Shown here: in pieces, positions 1 through 12,635 of the stretch
Position numbering within the stretch: the first letter of the stretch is position 1
Layout: every line of letters starts with the position of its first letter
From: Eukaryota sp. GEM-RC1
Taxonomy: Eukaryota
Length of the DNA: 64,000 nucleotides
Direction: 5' to 3'
Assembly (NCBI GenBank): GCA_040285855.1
Contig: JAUFOQ010000013.1
Coordinates: 2,046,001-2,110,000 of the forward strand
The notes under the pieces: generated by a model
Seen by the model: the letters and a program-made list of their open reading frames with translations, nothing else
Told to the model about the DNA's origin: nothing
The model's database searches: none
Translations under genes and position numbers: made by a program

Positions 1-3000
1 ATCGTGGCAAAGAAAGAAGATTTTGGAATAATCTAAATATTGATCCCTTAATGAAGAAATAAGATCCGAAATGATTACTGATTGATTGGAGGTATATAAA
101 TTGATAGATTTACCATTGGAAATCCCATCAAGAACTTTGTCAAATGCTTTTTGTTTTCCAATAGTATTAACAAATACCGGATGGGAAAACTTTGAATTAG
201 TAGAAAATACAAAAGGAATAAAAGAAGCATTGAGAAAATCATTAGTGGTTTGTTTAGCTTTTTCATCATTTTTTAATTTTTTAACTTTTTGAAATAGTAG
301 AGGAAGATTAACTGAAGAATCAGTGGTATCAGAATCACCATATCGATCAAATTCTAGATTTTCAAGGGAAAAGGCAAACGACCAATAAACAGCAGAATAG
401 AGATCAATCAAAACGTCATTAATTTTAACTGATTTAAAAAATCTAACATCTATACTTGGAAGAAAACGACCGTCATTCAACTTGATTGACTTAACAGCAA
501 AACCCTTAGATTTAGAAAATGACAAGGAAATTTCACTAACAAATGGAAATAAATTAAAGGTTTTAACAGCAGAAACGTTAAGTAAACCAAATCTGGCAAG
601 TAAGAGGTTTGTACAAAATCTTGGCTGGAACTCTAGAGGTAAAAAAATCAAGAAAATATGAATAAGTGGCCGAAAAATTGGAAATTTCGGTTGAATTTAA
701 AAATTCAGAGTACATGGGGGAAAGATCAGATAGAAAAAGTCCGAGTTCATGTAGAGTTAGAATTAAATCATCAAATTTTTTAATTTTTGATAATACCACT
801 GATAACTTGGTTCGGAACTGAATTAGAAAATCTTTTAAATTGTCGAAATAAGTTCCAAAATCATCCGAAAAAGGAAACTGACACAACAAAAGAGTAGCAT
901 CAATCGTTTGGCAAAAATTTAAAATATATTGAAAATTCATTTGTGTATTGGAATATGCTTCAATATTGTGAGATAATTCAGGATTGGGATAGAGACAATC
1001 TCGTTGAAGTTCAGCCAGTTGGTTCTGGATAAGTGACAAATCAGCAAAGATTGAAAAATCTTGGAATTGCGAGAAAACCATGTTCATACTTTGATAGGGA
1101 GCGAGGAAATCACACACATTTTGATTCTTTGAAGATGAAAAAAGTGGCAACTGAAGAGAATCGAACTCGCTATCTGCTAAATGACCTTCTTCTTGGGGGG
1201 TATAAAAACTAAAACCAAACTTACATAGAGGAAACTGATAATTAACAAAAGTAGAATTAATTGAAAATAACTCTGCTTGAATTGTCTCTTTTTAACCAAC
1301 TCACGTAAGGTATCAAGAAGATCAGAAAAATGTACAGAATTTGAAATCAAATTCAAAAGATCATTGCAAACGCCAGAACTAAAATCAAAATCAAACTGCA
1401 AGACGGAAACTGCCAATTGTGATTGATCATTGACAGTCCGGACGAGTTCTAGAACTTGCTCAGCGTTTCCCATAAGAGTAAACAGACGGGCAACAACGTC
1501 GTTTAATAGAGTACCAGTTTGATTGACTGGTAACGTGATGAAGGTCCCCATCAAAATTTGAATCTCAGCAGATATTTCAGAAAACAGATCACTTGTAAGT
1601 TCGGTAACTGGCAATGACGAGAACTTATTTAGAATAATTTGGAAAGATGACGTGATGCCAAGAAAGCTTCTACAATGAGACAACCAGGAAAGGCAACTGT
1701 CTTTGATGGAGTTTAAGCGAGAAAATCCATTGTTGAGTTGCTGAAGGGCAGTGCTTTCGAGAATTTCGGAAAAAACTCCACTTCATCAAAATTAGACACA
1801 ATATTTGAAATTTGAGACTCCAAATTGAGAATAGTTTCAAGTCCAGAGTCTAAAGATATTTGGCTATCTAATCCTGAGTTTTCAAGAAAAAACCATTTGG
1901 GAAGAGCAAGATAACTATCGACAATTCTAGTAAGCGAAGATCCATAACTTGAGGAATATATGGCCGGATTTTGAAAAGACTGAATTTTTTCAAGTTGAGT
2001 TATTGAATCAGCCAGCTTACTCAAAATAGTTTGAGAATTTCTAAAAACAATTGGTTTTGATAGAGAAAATATTGAAGAAATTTGTTCAATAATAGAAGAC
2101 ATTTTGTTCTTCTTGAACACAAACGTCTGTAACAATTTTTGAAACTTTTCAAATAATTGAGATTCAGATTTGACCAAAGGGTTGGTATCAACTAAAATTA
2201 TATCAAATAACTCGGTAACCTCGTCAATTACTGGGAAAATTTCAGAGTTAAATAGCTGCTTCAGTGAAAAGGAAGCTTTAACTGCAGCCATCATGTCATC
2301 AATCGGAATACGTGATAAGGAAAGACTGTCGTGGGGGTCTAAATCTAAATCCAAAATATTTACAATTTCTGGACATGAAGCACTTTCAATGAAATTCGTC
2401 ATTTTTTCATCGATTTTTAAAATATACTCAGATGAGTCTCCGAGTAAGGAATAAAACGTGATATTAAACAAGAATTTTAAAGAGGAAAGACAAGAAGTTG
2501 TGTCAATAACAAAACGGTTTGAAGAAGAATTCTTAGTGTTTAAAGAATTGATTTCAAAAGTTAGTAATTGTTTAGTGTTGCTGCAATATTTTAAATTGTC
2601 CAAGAGAGTGTTATCATCGTGGTTGAGTGTGGCTCTCTGTAGCTCAGAAAACACGTCACCAATGGCAGATATTTGAATATTTGTCGATTTGAGGACTTCT
2701 TCAATTGTGGAGGTTACATCGTGACAAACCATCAACAACTCTTCAGAAGACAGTGGAAAATTACTCATATGATAAGACAGAGAGTTTAAAAGAGATTGAT
2801 TTTCATCGTTAGAGAACTGAATTCTTTTGGTTTTTGGTGGTTGTTTTTAGTCAAAGTTCCCGTAGCTTCAGAAGCTGAATGGGGAAAGTTAAGAGAAATA
2901 GTGGAGAAGAATTTGGAGAAAATTTCAGAAAACAGGGGGACAACGCGGTCTGTATCGCTCAAAATGAGGGAATTATTTAAAATTTTGAGATTTAAAATTA

Positions 3001-6000
3001 TTCGTGAATCCAAAAATGACTCCAATACACTTACAATATTTTGACAATATTCGATAACATAATTAAAATATTGAGACCACACCCAGTGGCAAAAGTCCAA
3101 CCAAACTGGAGATCCACGAGAACAATTTAAAATCTTACAAATTTCAGTCAACTCCAGCAGAATTGAATTGTTCCGTTTTTTCATGACTATATTTAATTTT
3201 GTTAGATAATCTTCAAAAACCGTCTTCAATGAATCTAAATGAAAAGCCTTACCATTTTCTATCCAAAGATCCATTGAAAGTAACTCCTTATTACAATTTT
3301 CTTTAAGATTATCAATTTTCCGACTGACATTAATCAAAAGTTCAGTAACATCGTGCATCTCAACTAAAATGTCTGACAAATCAACCGAATGAGGCAAGAA
3401 GTCAACAGAAGTCAAGTGGTCCAAAAGACTTGAGAATCGGCCCATTGAACTAGCTAACAACAGCTTAACTTCAGGTTGGTCTTTTGAAGGGATTCCCAAA
3501 GGTTACAGTAGAAGGAGAGAGCAGAGATTTTAGGTGGCACTATTCGATAGAATGGGTAATTATTAGAAAATAAAGGTGGGAATTTGCCCAATAGAGAATT
3601 CAAACGTGGGTATTTTTGACAAAATTTTGAAATTAGATGAAAATCTTTAAAAATATTGTAAACAACGTTGAATTTCTCTTGCTCATTAACCAAATATAAG
3701 TCATTTTCGTCCAGGCCAACTAACACGCGTGTGGAACCCAACATATTATTTAAAATTTCAAAAACATCCGAAATCCTACTAACTTCAACAAACTTTGAAA
3801 GAGTCATCGTCATCACTTCATAAAGAGATTCAGCAAAACCCTTTAAATCCTGAACAACATTGTGAACTAAAGCCATTAAATCAGCTGTGGATAAATTAGA
3901 AGTTTTAGCTAGGTAATTAACTTTGTTATTACTCATAAAAGACAGCACTGACGAAACAATTGAGCCTCGTCTTGAACGGACGACAGAATTCTCAGTAATC
4001 ATATTTGATTGAGTGTCAAAATCATCAGGAACACCTTCCTTAACCTCAGAAGGTTGTTTGATAACTGAGTAGAAATCATCGTAATAGCTCGTGAAAGAAA
4101 CTTCGAGGATGTGACGGCGTACTTTGACCATTATTGAATATATTGACGCAGTAAAAGCAAATAGTCCACTAAAAAAGGGTAGATTTGAAAACGGAAATGG
4201 AATTTTGACAAAAAAGTTATCAATATCAGATAATTTCAAAATATTATCAAATTTTGAGGCAATTCTTTGCGATATTGAAGAATCTGATGGAATTTTTTCT
4301 GGAACAACATCAATATTTAAAATTGCTTTCATAAATCCTCGTCGATTGGCTGCCAAAAACAATCCAATATTTTGAAATATTTTGGCCACATACTTATCAA
4401 TAACATTAGAACACGCTGTACCTAAACTCTTGGCCGGAAGAAATAATTTAAATTTTTCAAGATTATTTACAAATAATTGAATCGAAGTGGAAAGAAACAG
4501 ATCAATACAAGATGAAAGTTGAGGTTCAAATGATCTAAGTAACCTACGATGTTCAATAAAATGTTGATTCCATTTGATTTGACTCTCATCATCAAACCAA
4601 AAGACAATCTCCCTTGTATTTTTTAAAAAATGTCTGAACTCCACGTAGCATTTCATCTACTAGAGTAATTAGAGAAGCCCAACTAGACTTTCTGCTGGCA
4701 AATGGTATTTCTTGAGATTTCCAAGCATGACAACGCGACAAGAACTGAAGAAACATCAAGTAGATCAGAAATACGTTCAGCAAACACTTCAAGATGATTT
4801 AACACTTGTGATACAGGTTTCCAAGCAAACTTTGAGGCTTCACTTAGAGTTTTAGTTCTACAAGAAATATATGAAGTTCTTACCAGTGAAAGAATTCTGA
4901 GAATTGATAAAATTTTGTCCTTTAATGATTGGCAGAAAGTATACAAGTCTGATGATATTTCAGTTCTAGCCCCAAAAGAGAGATTAATATGATCAAGAAG
5001 AGATCCGAAAGTATCACCTTCTTGAAGATAATCAACTAATTTAAAAATTAAATATTGACAAATATTTGAAATCAAGGTTGATGAAGAATCAGGATTTTCG
5101 ATTAATTGAGTATGCCTCCAAGTCAAAAACAAGTTATAAAAAAAATAAGGGATAAAATCATGTAAATCTTCAACATTCTTGACAGTCAAATCAGTCAGTT
5201 TTGATTGTAGAACCTTTGCTGACGATAGGTTATTCTCTGCCTGCTCCAAGGAAGTTCCCAACTCCTTAATTAATCTAGTTATAATGACTCCTGACCCAGG
5301 TCTCAAGATTTCCATTGTTTTTGACACAAACCCACAGTCTGAAGAAGTCAACAGAATGTGAGCGTGACTGAGAAGATTGTACTGATGTTGAAATATTGAT
5401 TCAAAATTTGACAAATATTCAAATAAATTCGGGGATTGTCTGGGATGCTATTTGATTACCACTCCCAGCAAGGGAACATAACAAATTCCAATTAGAAGTA
5501 CAACGTTGAATAATTGAAATCATTAAAGACTTTAAAGGCCCATCAAATCCCTTTAAACTTTTCTCTAAGAAAGCCTTACCACTGTTTCTAGTAGTGTGAG
5601 TGGTGGTTTCAGTGACTTCCTGATCAACCAAAAGAAGTTCAATGAAGGAATTGTCCAGGGTCGATCCAAAAGTCAAAAGGAGTTCAGGCAGGGGAGGGAA
5701 AGAGATGTCTAGAACTGAGCAGGATACGAACAGAACAGATGCAAGAGAGACAGAGAGGGAAGAGGAAGCTTCAAGTAGAGAGTTGAGATGCGAGTGGTCA
5801 CGATCACGCTTCTTGTCAGTTTCAAGTGTAGAAGAGTGGGAAGGAGCAAATGGTTCTAGAGAAGATAAGATAGGTGGTAGAAGATGTTTAGTAATCGAAG
5901 AAAGTAGAAAGAATGACTCTGATGGGGTGAAGTATCCTGAGAGAACTTTGTCATGGAAAAACTCAAGAGAAGCTGATGAAGGAAGTGAAGAGTAGCAGAT

Positions 6001-6237
6001 TTTGATGAAAAAAGCACATGGTAATGGATGAGAAGATTGTGGAAGTAGTGAAGAAATTTCTAGAGAAGATGCTGTTTTGATGAAGAAGAGTTTCTGAGTT
6101 AGTGGGGAATCCAAAAAGGAACAAGTTAAATAGGAAAATGAAGAAGACGATACGAGAGACAGAAATTGACCTGAGTCAACATCAAGTAGTGTACAAACCA
6201 CAGAGGACAGAAAGTCTGTGAATGTGATATCAGCCAT
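1..6237 (-). CDS. Large divergent dynein heavy chain tail-like (DHC_N1-like) protein; runs off the window start and is split into many ORFs by frameshifts
   Basis: Collinear minus-strand ORFs 5419-6297, 4683-5414, 3454-4656, 2786-3499, 1713-2768, 1177-1683 and 578-1150. Segments 'FLTWRHTQ..STLISNICQYLIFKL', 'FAWKPVSQVLNHLEVFAERISDLLDV' and 'FIEHRRLLRSFEPQLSSCI' follow the DHC_N1 motif order by eye. ATG at 6237. No motor domain is visible in the window. Confidence 0.5.
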
Positions 6238-6422
6238 ATTTGAAGATTGATGAAGAGGTTGGAGATTCAGTCTGGGTAGTGATTTTCGTAATTGCACTGA
6301 CTCAGAATAATTACGAACTCTGAATCTTCAAGTTGTTTCCAAAATTGACCAGTCAGAATAATACAGTAACTGTGACAGCACTTCAAACACGTTAGATTAT
6401 CTCGATTTTTCTCCCTTTATGT

Positions 6423-7230
6423 GTGGTCAAACATCAAAATAAGCTTATGATGGCATTTGAAAACCTGGATTTTGAAAATCGTTTTAGTAAAATTAATAAT
6501 CCCGTTTGTACTGCTTTCTTAAATGATATTAGGAATTCAACTTGTTTGATCACTCAACAACCACATACTTTTGGTTTGCATTTGTCTGATGAGGCTTGGA
6601 AATTAAATATGCGATTACGTTTAGGTTTGTTTTCTTCAGAATTGCTGGACAATTCTGAATGTGTTTGTCGTTCGCATTGTAACTTTTAGACATGTAATTA
6701 ATTGCCCCAAATTTATTCAAATTCGCTCAGTTCTTCATAATGCTGCCAGAGATGTTACATTTGAAATGTTTAAAGCTCATGGATTTCATGCCAAAGTTGA
6801 ACCTGGAATTAGTAAGTTGTGTCTTCATTAAATTAATAATTCTCGCCGAGGTGACTTACATGGTCCTTTTATTGATTCTAGTCAAAATATCCTTGATGTT
6901 TCAACAGTAAATCCATGAGCTCACACTTATGTTAATGGCTTAAATTCATAAGGTTTCAATCACCTAGAAACAGCTGAAAACGTAACATTGATTTGTATTC
7001 CACAGATGTTGCTGAATTCAATCAAAATTTAAATTGTATTTGTTCTATTTGCTATTTCTGTTTTTAATAGTATTGGTGATATGGCTTCTAAATTTTTAAC
7101 TGATTGTGGATCTATGTGTATGTCTCAGAATAAAAGATTTAACTTATCAATTTGGCATAACCGTTTGATTTTTTTTCTTTGCTCCATTCTATGCCTAAGT
7201 TGTGTATATCAATTTTCAGAAAGTTGTATA
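6423..7230 (+). mobile_element. Decayed 3' fragment of a CRE-like RLE non-LTR retrotransposon
   Basis: 'LHLSDEAWKLNMRLRLGL..CVC', followed by frameshifted VEP/RGD motifs matching the C-terminus of the element at 56381-59487. Confidence 0.8.
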
Positions 7231-7399
7231 CCAACTGTGGTACTGTTGACCAGGAATTTTCAGTGTCGAGTGTTTCATAGCCAATATGATTATATGTTTT
7301 TTTGTACCCTCCATCAATAAACCATCTTCCTTAGATTACCATCTTTATATATAGAACTTTTTTTTTCTTAAAGAAGTCTTTATGAATATAATGAAATAC

Positions 7400-7660
7400 A
7401 TAGTCTAAAACTCAATATCATCAAAGCAAGAATCCTTAGAATCTTCATAATGCACACTGACGGATAATAAAGCTCTCGCAATCATTGTGGGAACTGCTTT
7501 TAGAATTGTTAAGACAATTCTGTTCTGCCAAAAAGAGCGGTCAAAAATTTTGTTTGTTCTACGAGCAACAACCTTTGCAAAATCACCTAAGAACTTCATG
7601 GCTAATTTATCCAAAGGACCATATGATACCTTCAGTACAAAGGGAAAGGGAAAGATATTT
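7400..7660 (-). mobile_element. 3' fragment of an RLE retrotransposon (family ending ..CFDDIEF)
   Basis: 'FDRSFWQNRIVLTILKAVP..CFDDIEF' is similar to the C-termini at 23400-23620 and 39170-39330. Confidence 0.75.
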
Positions 7661-7984
7661 ATAAAGTGAATTATACTGACTACGTAACCATACTAATACC
7701 TTTGGCTAACATTACCTCTTCTCTTCTTTCGAGCTCCTTGTTGTCTTAGCCACAGGTGTCTCAAATCCTACAATTATAGTTGTAAAAATGATCCTTTTTT
7801 GAAGCATTATAGTGACAATAACGTGTTTGATTCTGGGCGTGGTGACTTAATTGCTCCCTTCCTGTATTCATCTCAAGTTGTGGTTGATTTTAACACAGTT
7901 GACCCGTTTGTTCCAATTGCAATTTTTGGTATTGTTTTCAAAAGCTGCACACAAGCTTCTTTTTATTTTCAATTTGTATAAGGT

Positions 7985-8201
7985 GTTCTGAGTATGGTAA
8001 AGTTTTCAATGAAAATTTTTGGTTGAGTAGGTTAACGTTTGCGTTGTTTCGTTCAATGCACAGATATTTTAATTCAATTTTGGGTAAGTTGTTCGGTGAT
8101 GGACAGAAGGATCATAGTTTAGATACTTTGGTTAGTGTCTGTTAGTAATTCATTTCTGCAAATGCATTTATTTCACTGACTGATCATAAACCCCGTTTTT
8201 T
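7985..8201 (+). mobile_element. 3' terminal fragment of T-tailed retrotransposon family D
   Basis: Near-identical to the reverse complement of 51479-51700; ends gatcataaaccccgTTTTTT. Confidence 0.85.
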
Positions 8202-8237
8202 ACATTAACGAAATACAAAATTTCTCTATTTATTAGA

Positions 8238-9380
8238 TTACTTATCATGAAGATTTCCTTGATTATATTCAAGAACAGTTTGATGAAGTGAGGCGGCAAA
8301 CTCTTTTAAAACTGCTACTGAAAACTGTAACACCAAACCAAACGTGATGAAGCACGTGATAAACATAAAGGTCTTTCCAGTAAAAATCAAATGAAAATTT
8401 AAAAAATGATCACAAGCTGATGAAAGCGTAGCAAACGCCGCTATTAATAGAATAGGTTGTAAAACTCTAAAAGGGAGATCTGACTGTCGGTGAAGTTCTA
8501 ACTTTGTCGAAATATAACTAGTAAAACCTAATACACAGATTAAAAAGAGTAACGGTTCGTCATCATCATCTAAAACAAAGAAAGTAAATAATAAAGTATA
8601 TAAACATAAAAGCGGGAACATTGTAGTTAAACATCTCTTGATTGCAGACAAAGTGCCAGATTTACGATGTCTATCAATTTTGATTGATGCAACAAAGTGA
8701 TGGAGAAGAAACACACAGAAAAACGTAATGTAAAAGAAATGTAACGACGATTGAAAGACTTGAGAGGAATTCTTGGAGAAATACAGAAATCCCAAGAGAA
8801 TAGAGTTCAAAAACAAAACATCAGGAGCTCCACCTAATGCCACGTAAGCACTATCGTCCATTGCCACCAACTTCCTTAGGGTAATTGTCTGTTGGTAGAG
8901 ACCAAGAAGCAGGACATGGATGATGGAGAAGAGAGGTTGTGAGTTAAGAGTGGTGACTACGAAGGCAAGAGCGTGAGAGCAGACGAGAGGAGATTGGAAG
9001 AGAGATTGGAGGAGGTAGAGGACTGGGGTGGTTCTACGGATTTTAGTGGATTGGGTGATAGTGAGAGGGAAAGCAAGGGAGGAGAGAAGGGAGGAAAATG
9101 AACATAGAAGTAACAGAGGGGTGGTTGAAGGATTTAGATAGAGAACACAGGAAGAGATAATGGATATGACAAGGCCAAACACAGCCAGTGTGAAGAAAAG
9201 GACAGAACCTCCTATAGTTTGGGGTATTATGGGAAGTATTACTCTTCCTAGAGGTCTCAATAAATAATGAAGAGTGAAAGTATTGAAAAACGGAGGAGAT
9301 GATGAACGAAGGTTTTTCAAATGATCAGCATTAAGGAAAGCTTCGGGTTTCAGGCGCGATGGGTGATCAGAAGGAAACAT
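8238..9380 (-). CDS. CEPT1/EPT1-like CDP-alcohol phosphatidyltransferase homolog, multi-TM, catalytic motif degenerate
   Basis: N-terminal 'FLNADHLKNLRS..TLHYLLRPLGRVILPIIPQTIG' and the hydrophobic pattern resemble CEPT/EPT. The DGxxAR..G..D..D position reads 'LTITQSTKIRRTTPVLYLLQSLFQ'. Confidence 0.55.
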   Translation of the reverse strand: MFPSDHPSRLKPEAFLNADHLKNLRSSSPPFFNTFTLHYLLRPLGRVILPIIPQTIGGSVLFFTLAVFGLVISIISSCVLYLNPSTTPLLLLCSFSSLLSSLAFPLTITQSTKIRRTTPVLYLLQSLFQSPLVCSHALAFVVTTLNSQPLFSIIHVLLLGLYQQTITLRKLVAMDDSAYVALGGAPDVLFLNSILLGFLYFSKNSSQVFQSSLHFFYITFFCVFLLHHFVASIKIDRHRKSGTLSAIKRCLTTMFPLLCLYTLLFTFFVLDDDDEPLLFLICVLGFTSYISTKLELHRQSDLPFRVLQPILLIAAFATLSSACDHFLNFHLIFTGKTFMFITCFITFGLVLQFSVAVLKEFAASLHQTVLEYNQGNLHDK

Positions 9381-9392
9381 GTTGATATCTAT

Positions 9393-10770
9393 ATGTTCAA
9401 ATCACTTGTTGGTGGTGGTGTAATGTAGTTTTCTCTTCTTCCAACTGATACTCTTTCAATCATTCTAGAAGTATACTCCTTTTCTAACCAAACCATTTCC
9501 TTTGGTGAAGAAGCTATCGAAGTTAACAAATCAGTTCTTGCTGCTCATTCTACCTACTTTCGATCTCTTTGGTTCTTGGAATTCAAAGACAAGGATGAGA
9601 ACCCCATTGATTTCTCACATCTACCTGTTGATTCCGATAACTTCTTTGCATTCATCAAGTCCTTCTATGGAAGATCATTCACTCTTAGTGAGAGCAATTC
9701 CTATGATTTTTACTATCTCGCCCATTACTTCCAAGTAGACAAACTGATTGATCACATTGAAATCCATCTCAAAACTCATCTCATGACCTGGGCTTGGTTA
9801 AAGCCATTCATTACGAAGGCAAAGAATCTCGAAGACTTGAGAGCTTTGGAATTCGCTGGTCCTTTCTTTTCCAGTATTTCTGATCTTTTGATTGATGACG
9901 TGATAGTAGTCACTACTGAGGGATTTGCACTTCTTTCCAAATATTGCACTTCCACTCAATCACAATCGTGGTTCATCAAATCATTGGTGGATTCGGTTTT
10001 ACAACAAAGTTTCGATTTGGATCAATTTTTAAATATTTTAAATTCTTGTACTGTTGAACTTCTTTCTATGCAACAATAGGATGAATTTCTGTTTGTTCCT
10101 TTAAAAGATGTTGAAGAATTGGCAGCCAATTTGATGAAGTTTTTCTTTAAAGTCAAGAATCTCTATTTTGATTTGTTGGCACTGGAAAATTTCCAATTGA
10201 AAACTCATGTCAATGATTTAACTACTGAAAATCTTGATTTGAAGAAGGAAATTGTCAAATTGCAAACTCAATTAGAAGAGTACAAGTTCAACGATTTAAA
10301 AAAGACAATCAGTTTCTCAATCAAAAGTGATTGATTTCTCACAGAATAGGAAACATCCTCAGTTACAAGTTGGTGGGGATAAAAAGAGAGTTGTTTTTGG
10401 AACTGGAAATGGTGTTTATAGAAATATCTTGGGAGAAGATCCACTTCTTTTAGGTAATGATTTTACTTGGAAGTTGCAGTACCAAGGACATGACATAAAC
10501 CTAATTGTTGGAGTCATTGAGCAGTCAATGTTTAGTGTAAGTGGTGAAAACTTTAAGAATGTTCACTGTTTTGCAAATGGAACAACAGTCTGCGGTTGTC
10601 TCTCTGGTAGAAAAGCTAAGTGGAATCCTGGTGAATTACTTGAAATCAATGTGAATATGATTAATTATACTTTAACAATCAAATCTGTAAATAGCTCTTT
10701 GATTAATCTTAATGGTAATCTGCCCAGATTAAGTAGAGGTAACTATTATCCTTTTTTTCATCTGACATAG
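9393..10770 (+). pseudogene. BTB/POZ + coiled-coil + SPRY-like gene with stops and frameshifts
   Basis: BTB signature 'EVNKSVLAAHSTYFRSL..EFKDKDENPIDFS..FFAFIKSFYG..YYLAHYFQVDKL'; SPRY-like 'RNILGEDPL..FTWKLQY..LIVGVI..NYYPF'; in-frame TAG at 10077-10079. Confidence 0.75.
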
Positions 10771-11492
10771 ACCTTATACCCCAACGCCGCCAATGACACC
10801 CCGGGGTTGGGGGGGCATAGACGGCGTAACCATGATGACGTGACCACAATGACGTGACCCCAGACGAAGCAGAAACCGAACCAGAAGGGAATAGAGGCTC
10901 TGACGAACATTGGAAAGTCCAGAAGCAAACCTGATAGGACTAGGACGACAGAAACTACGGAGAAAATGAAGAAGAATGAATGAATTTATACTTGTGGATT
11001 TGATTCGATTAATTAATGCTACAGTTGAACTCCATACCAGTAAATTTGTTTCCAAAACTAGCCAATGTTGGATTTATTTGACTCTATTCCAAAGTTGGTC
11101 AATCAAACTTTCTTTGATGGGTTATCTTCATTGTTTTCACCAACATGCGATAACCATATTATACTTTGAGCATTACAACACACGGAAAATTAGTCAAGTT
11201 TTCACTGGTGAAACTAGGTTCTAGCATTACAGTATTTTTGAAGTACAGTTTTTGTATTTTAATAAAAAATTATTTAAATGGGTTACTTTTTATCCAAGCA
11301 AAGTGTACTTATATGTTCTTAGATTGGGTTTTTTTAACTTATAAGTGAGAATTTTTCAAGAAAGTTTTTGAAAAGATCAGAGATCAATCAGAACATCACC
11401 ATAATTTAACTTCAAAAGAAGAGAACTGATAATTAATATAATTTATTCAAAGATTAAAAAGGATCAGAATAAAACAAAACTAAATACTGTAC

Positions 11493-12635
11493 TTACTTAA
11501 ACCAAGCAATGGCTTTCCTGTCCTTAGGGAAGTACCAATCATAAGACAAGAAAACTTCCTCGTCCTTCAAAGATCTAAGGGCATACAGACCAACCAGCTT
11601 TTCCCCGTTCACATCATTGAAGTCTTTTAAAAAAGCATTGTGTTCGGGGTGGTAGTTGGCGAACTTGCCCAAGCATATAGCATTAGTTCCGTCAAGATAC
11701 ATCCCGTCTTTTCTTTGGACAATGTAGCTAGTAAAGGATCGTTTGGCTAATTTCTTTGAGATCTGAACACCTCGCCAGTAGGCAATGAGATCATAAGGAA
11801 TGAGAGTCCCAGAAACGAAAAGTCCGTTTCCTGCATTAGTTAAAGTCGAAGGAGCCTTGTAGATTGAGAAAGGGCGTCCAGTAAGTAAGGACTTGCACTA
11901 AAATGAATTAAAGTTGAAACAAACTCGAACCGTCTTCATTCATTGTTCTTCCGATCCACATTAGAGAGAGATCGCTAACTTCCAAAGTCTTGTTTTTCAT
12001 AATCTTCTTCTTCTTATCGTGGGCTTTCTAGGATTAGAGTAGTCGTTCCTCAACATACCAGCATGACGCATTCTTCACACACAAATGCAGTTCCTGTGTC
12101 CCACTTGTCTTCCACACATTCTACATGGAATGCCCACTTGCATAAGCCTTCGCAAAAGACAATGTCCTTGACCTTTGCACTGGCCTCTTCCTCACAGCGT
12201 GTATTTTGACGGGTTTGGATGGCGCAAAGTTTAGGTGTCGCCACATGTTGTTAATTGCTGTAGTTAGTAAGCAGAACACCACATACTGGTAGTTAAGTAT
12301 TCGCACCCGGGAACTCCGCATTGATACTGGTGATCAGGTTTGGAGTTAAGAGCCTTACAACTTCTACGATGGTCTTTGAGATTTTTTTTAGGGTAAAGGG
12401 TTGATGACAACCTTCACATTCGTGGGGTTTTTTCACCCGTGTGGATGAGCATGTGTTGCCTCAGTTTTGCAGCTGATTCCAATGTCTAGTATTAGTTTGT
12501 GGTTAAGAAACATACTCTCGAACATTCACTGCACTGGAACTTAGTTGAATGCTTGGCGTTCACGTGGCTCCTTAATCCACTTTTGGATCCGAAAACTGCA
12601 TCACAGTCCTTACAAGCATACCCTCTTGTGGACAT
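11493..12635 (-). CDS. C2H2 zinc-finger array + PHD finger + SET domain protein, intron-containing, possibly a pseudogene
   Basis: Manual splice from ATG 12635: CKDC..SHVNAKH; CSEC..QHMLIHTGEKPHECEGC; CGVPGC; PHD 'VFCEGLCKWAFHVECV..VCEEC'; SET 'APSTLTNAGNGLF..IAYWRG..YLDG..GKFANY..LYALRSL..EEVFLSY'. GT-AG introns at 12486-12515, 12258-12286, 12028-12058 and probably 11898-11924. Two junctions do not splice cleanly in frame. Confidence 0.7.
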
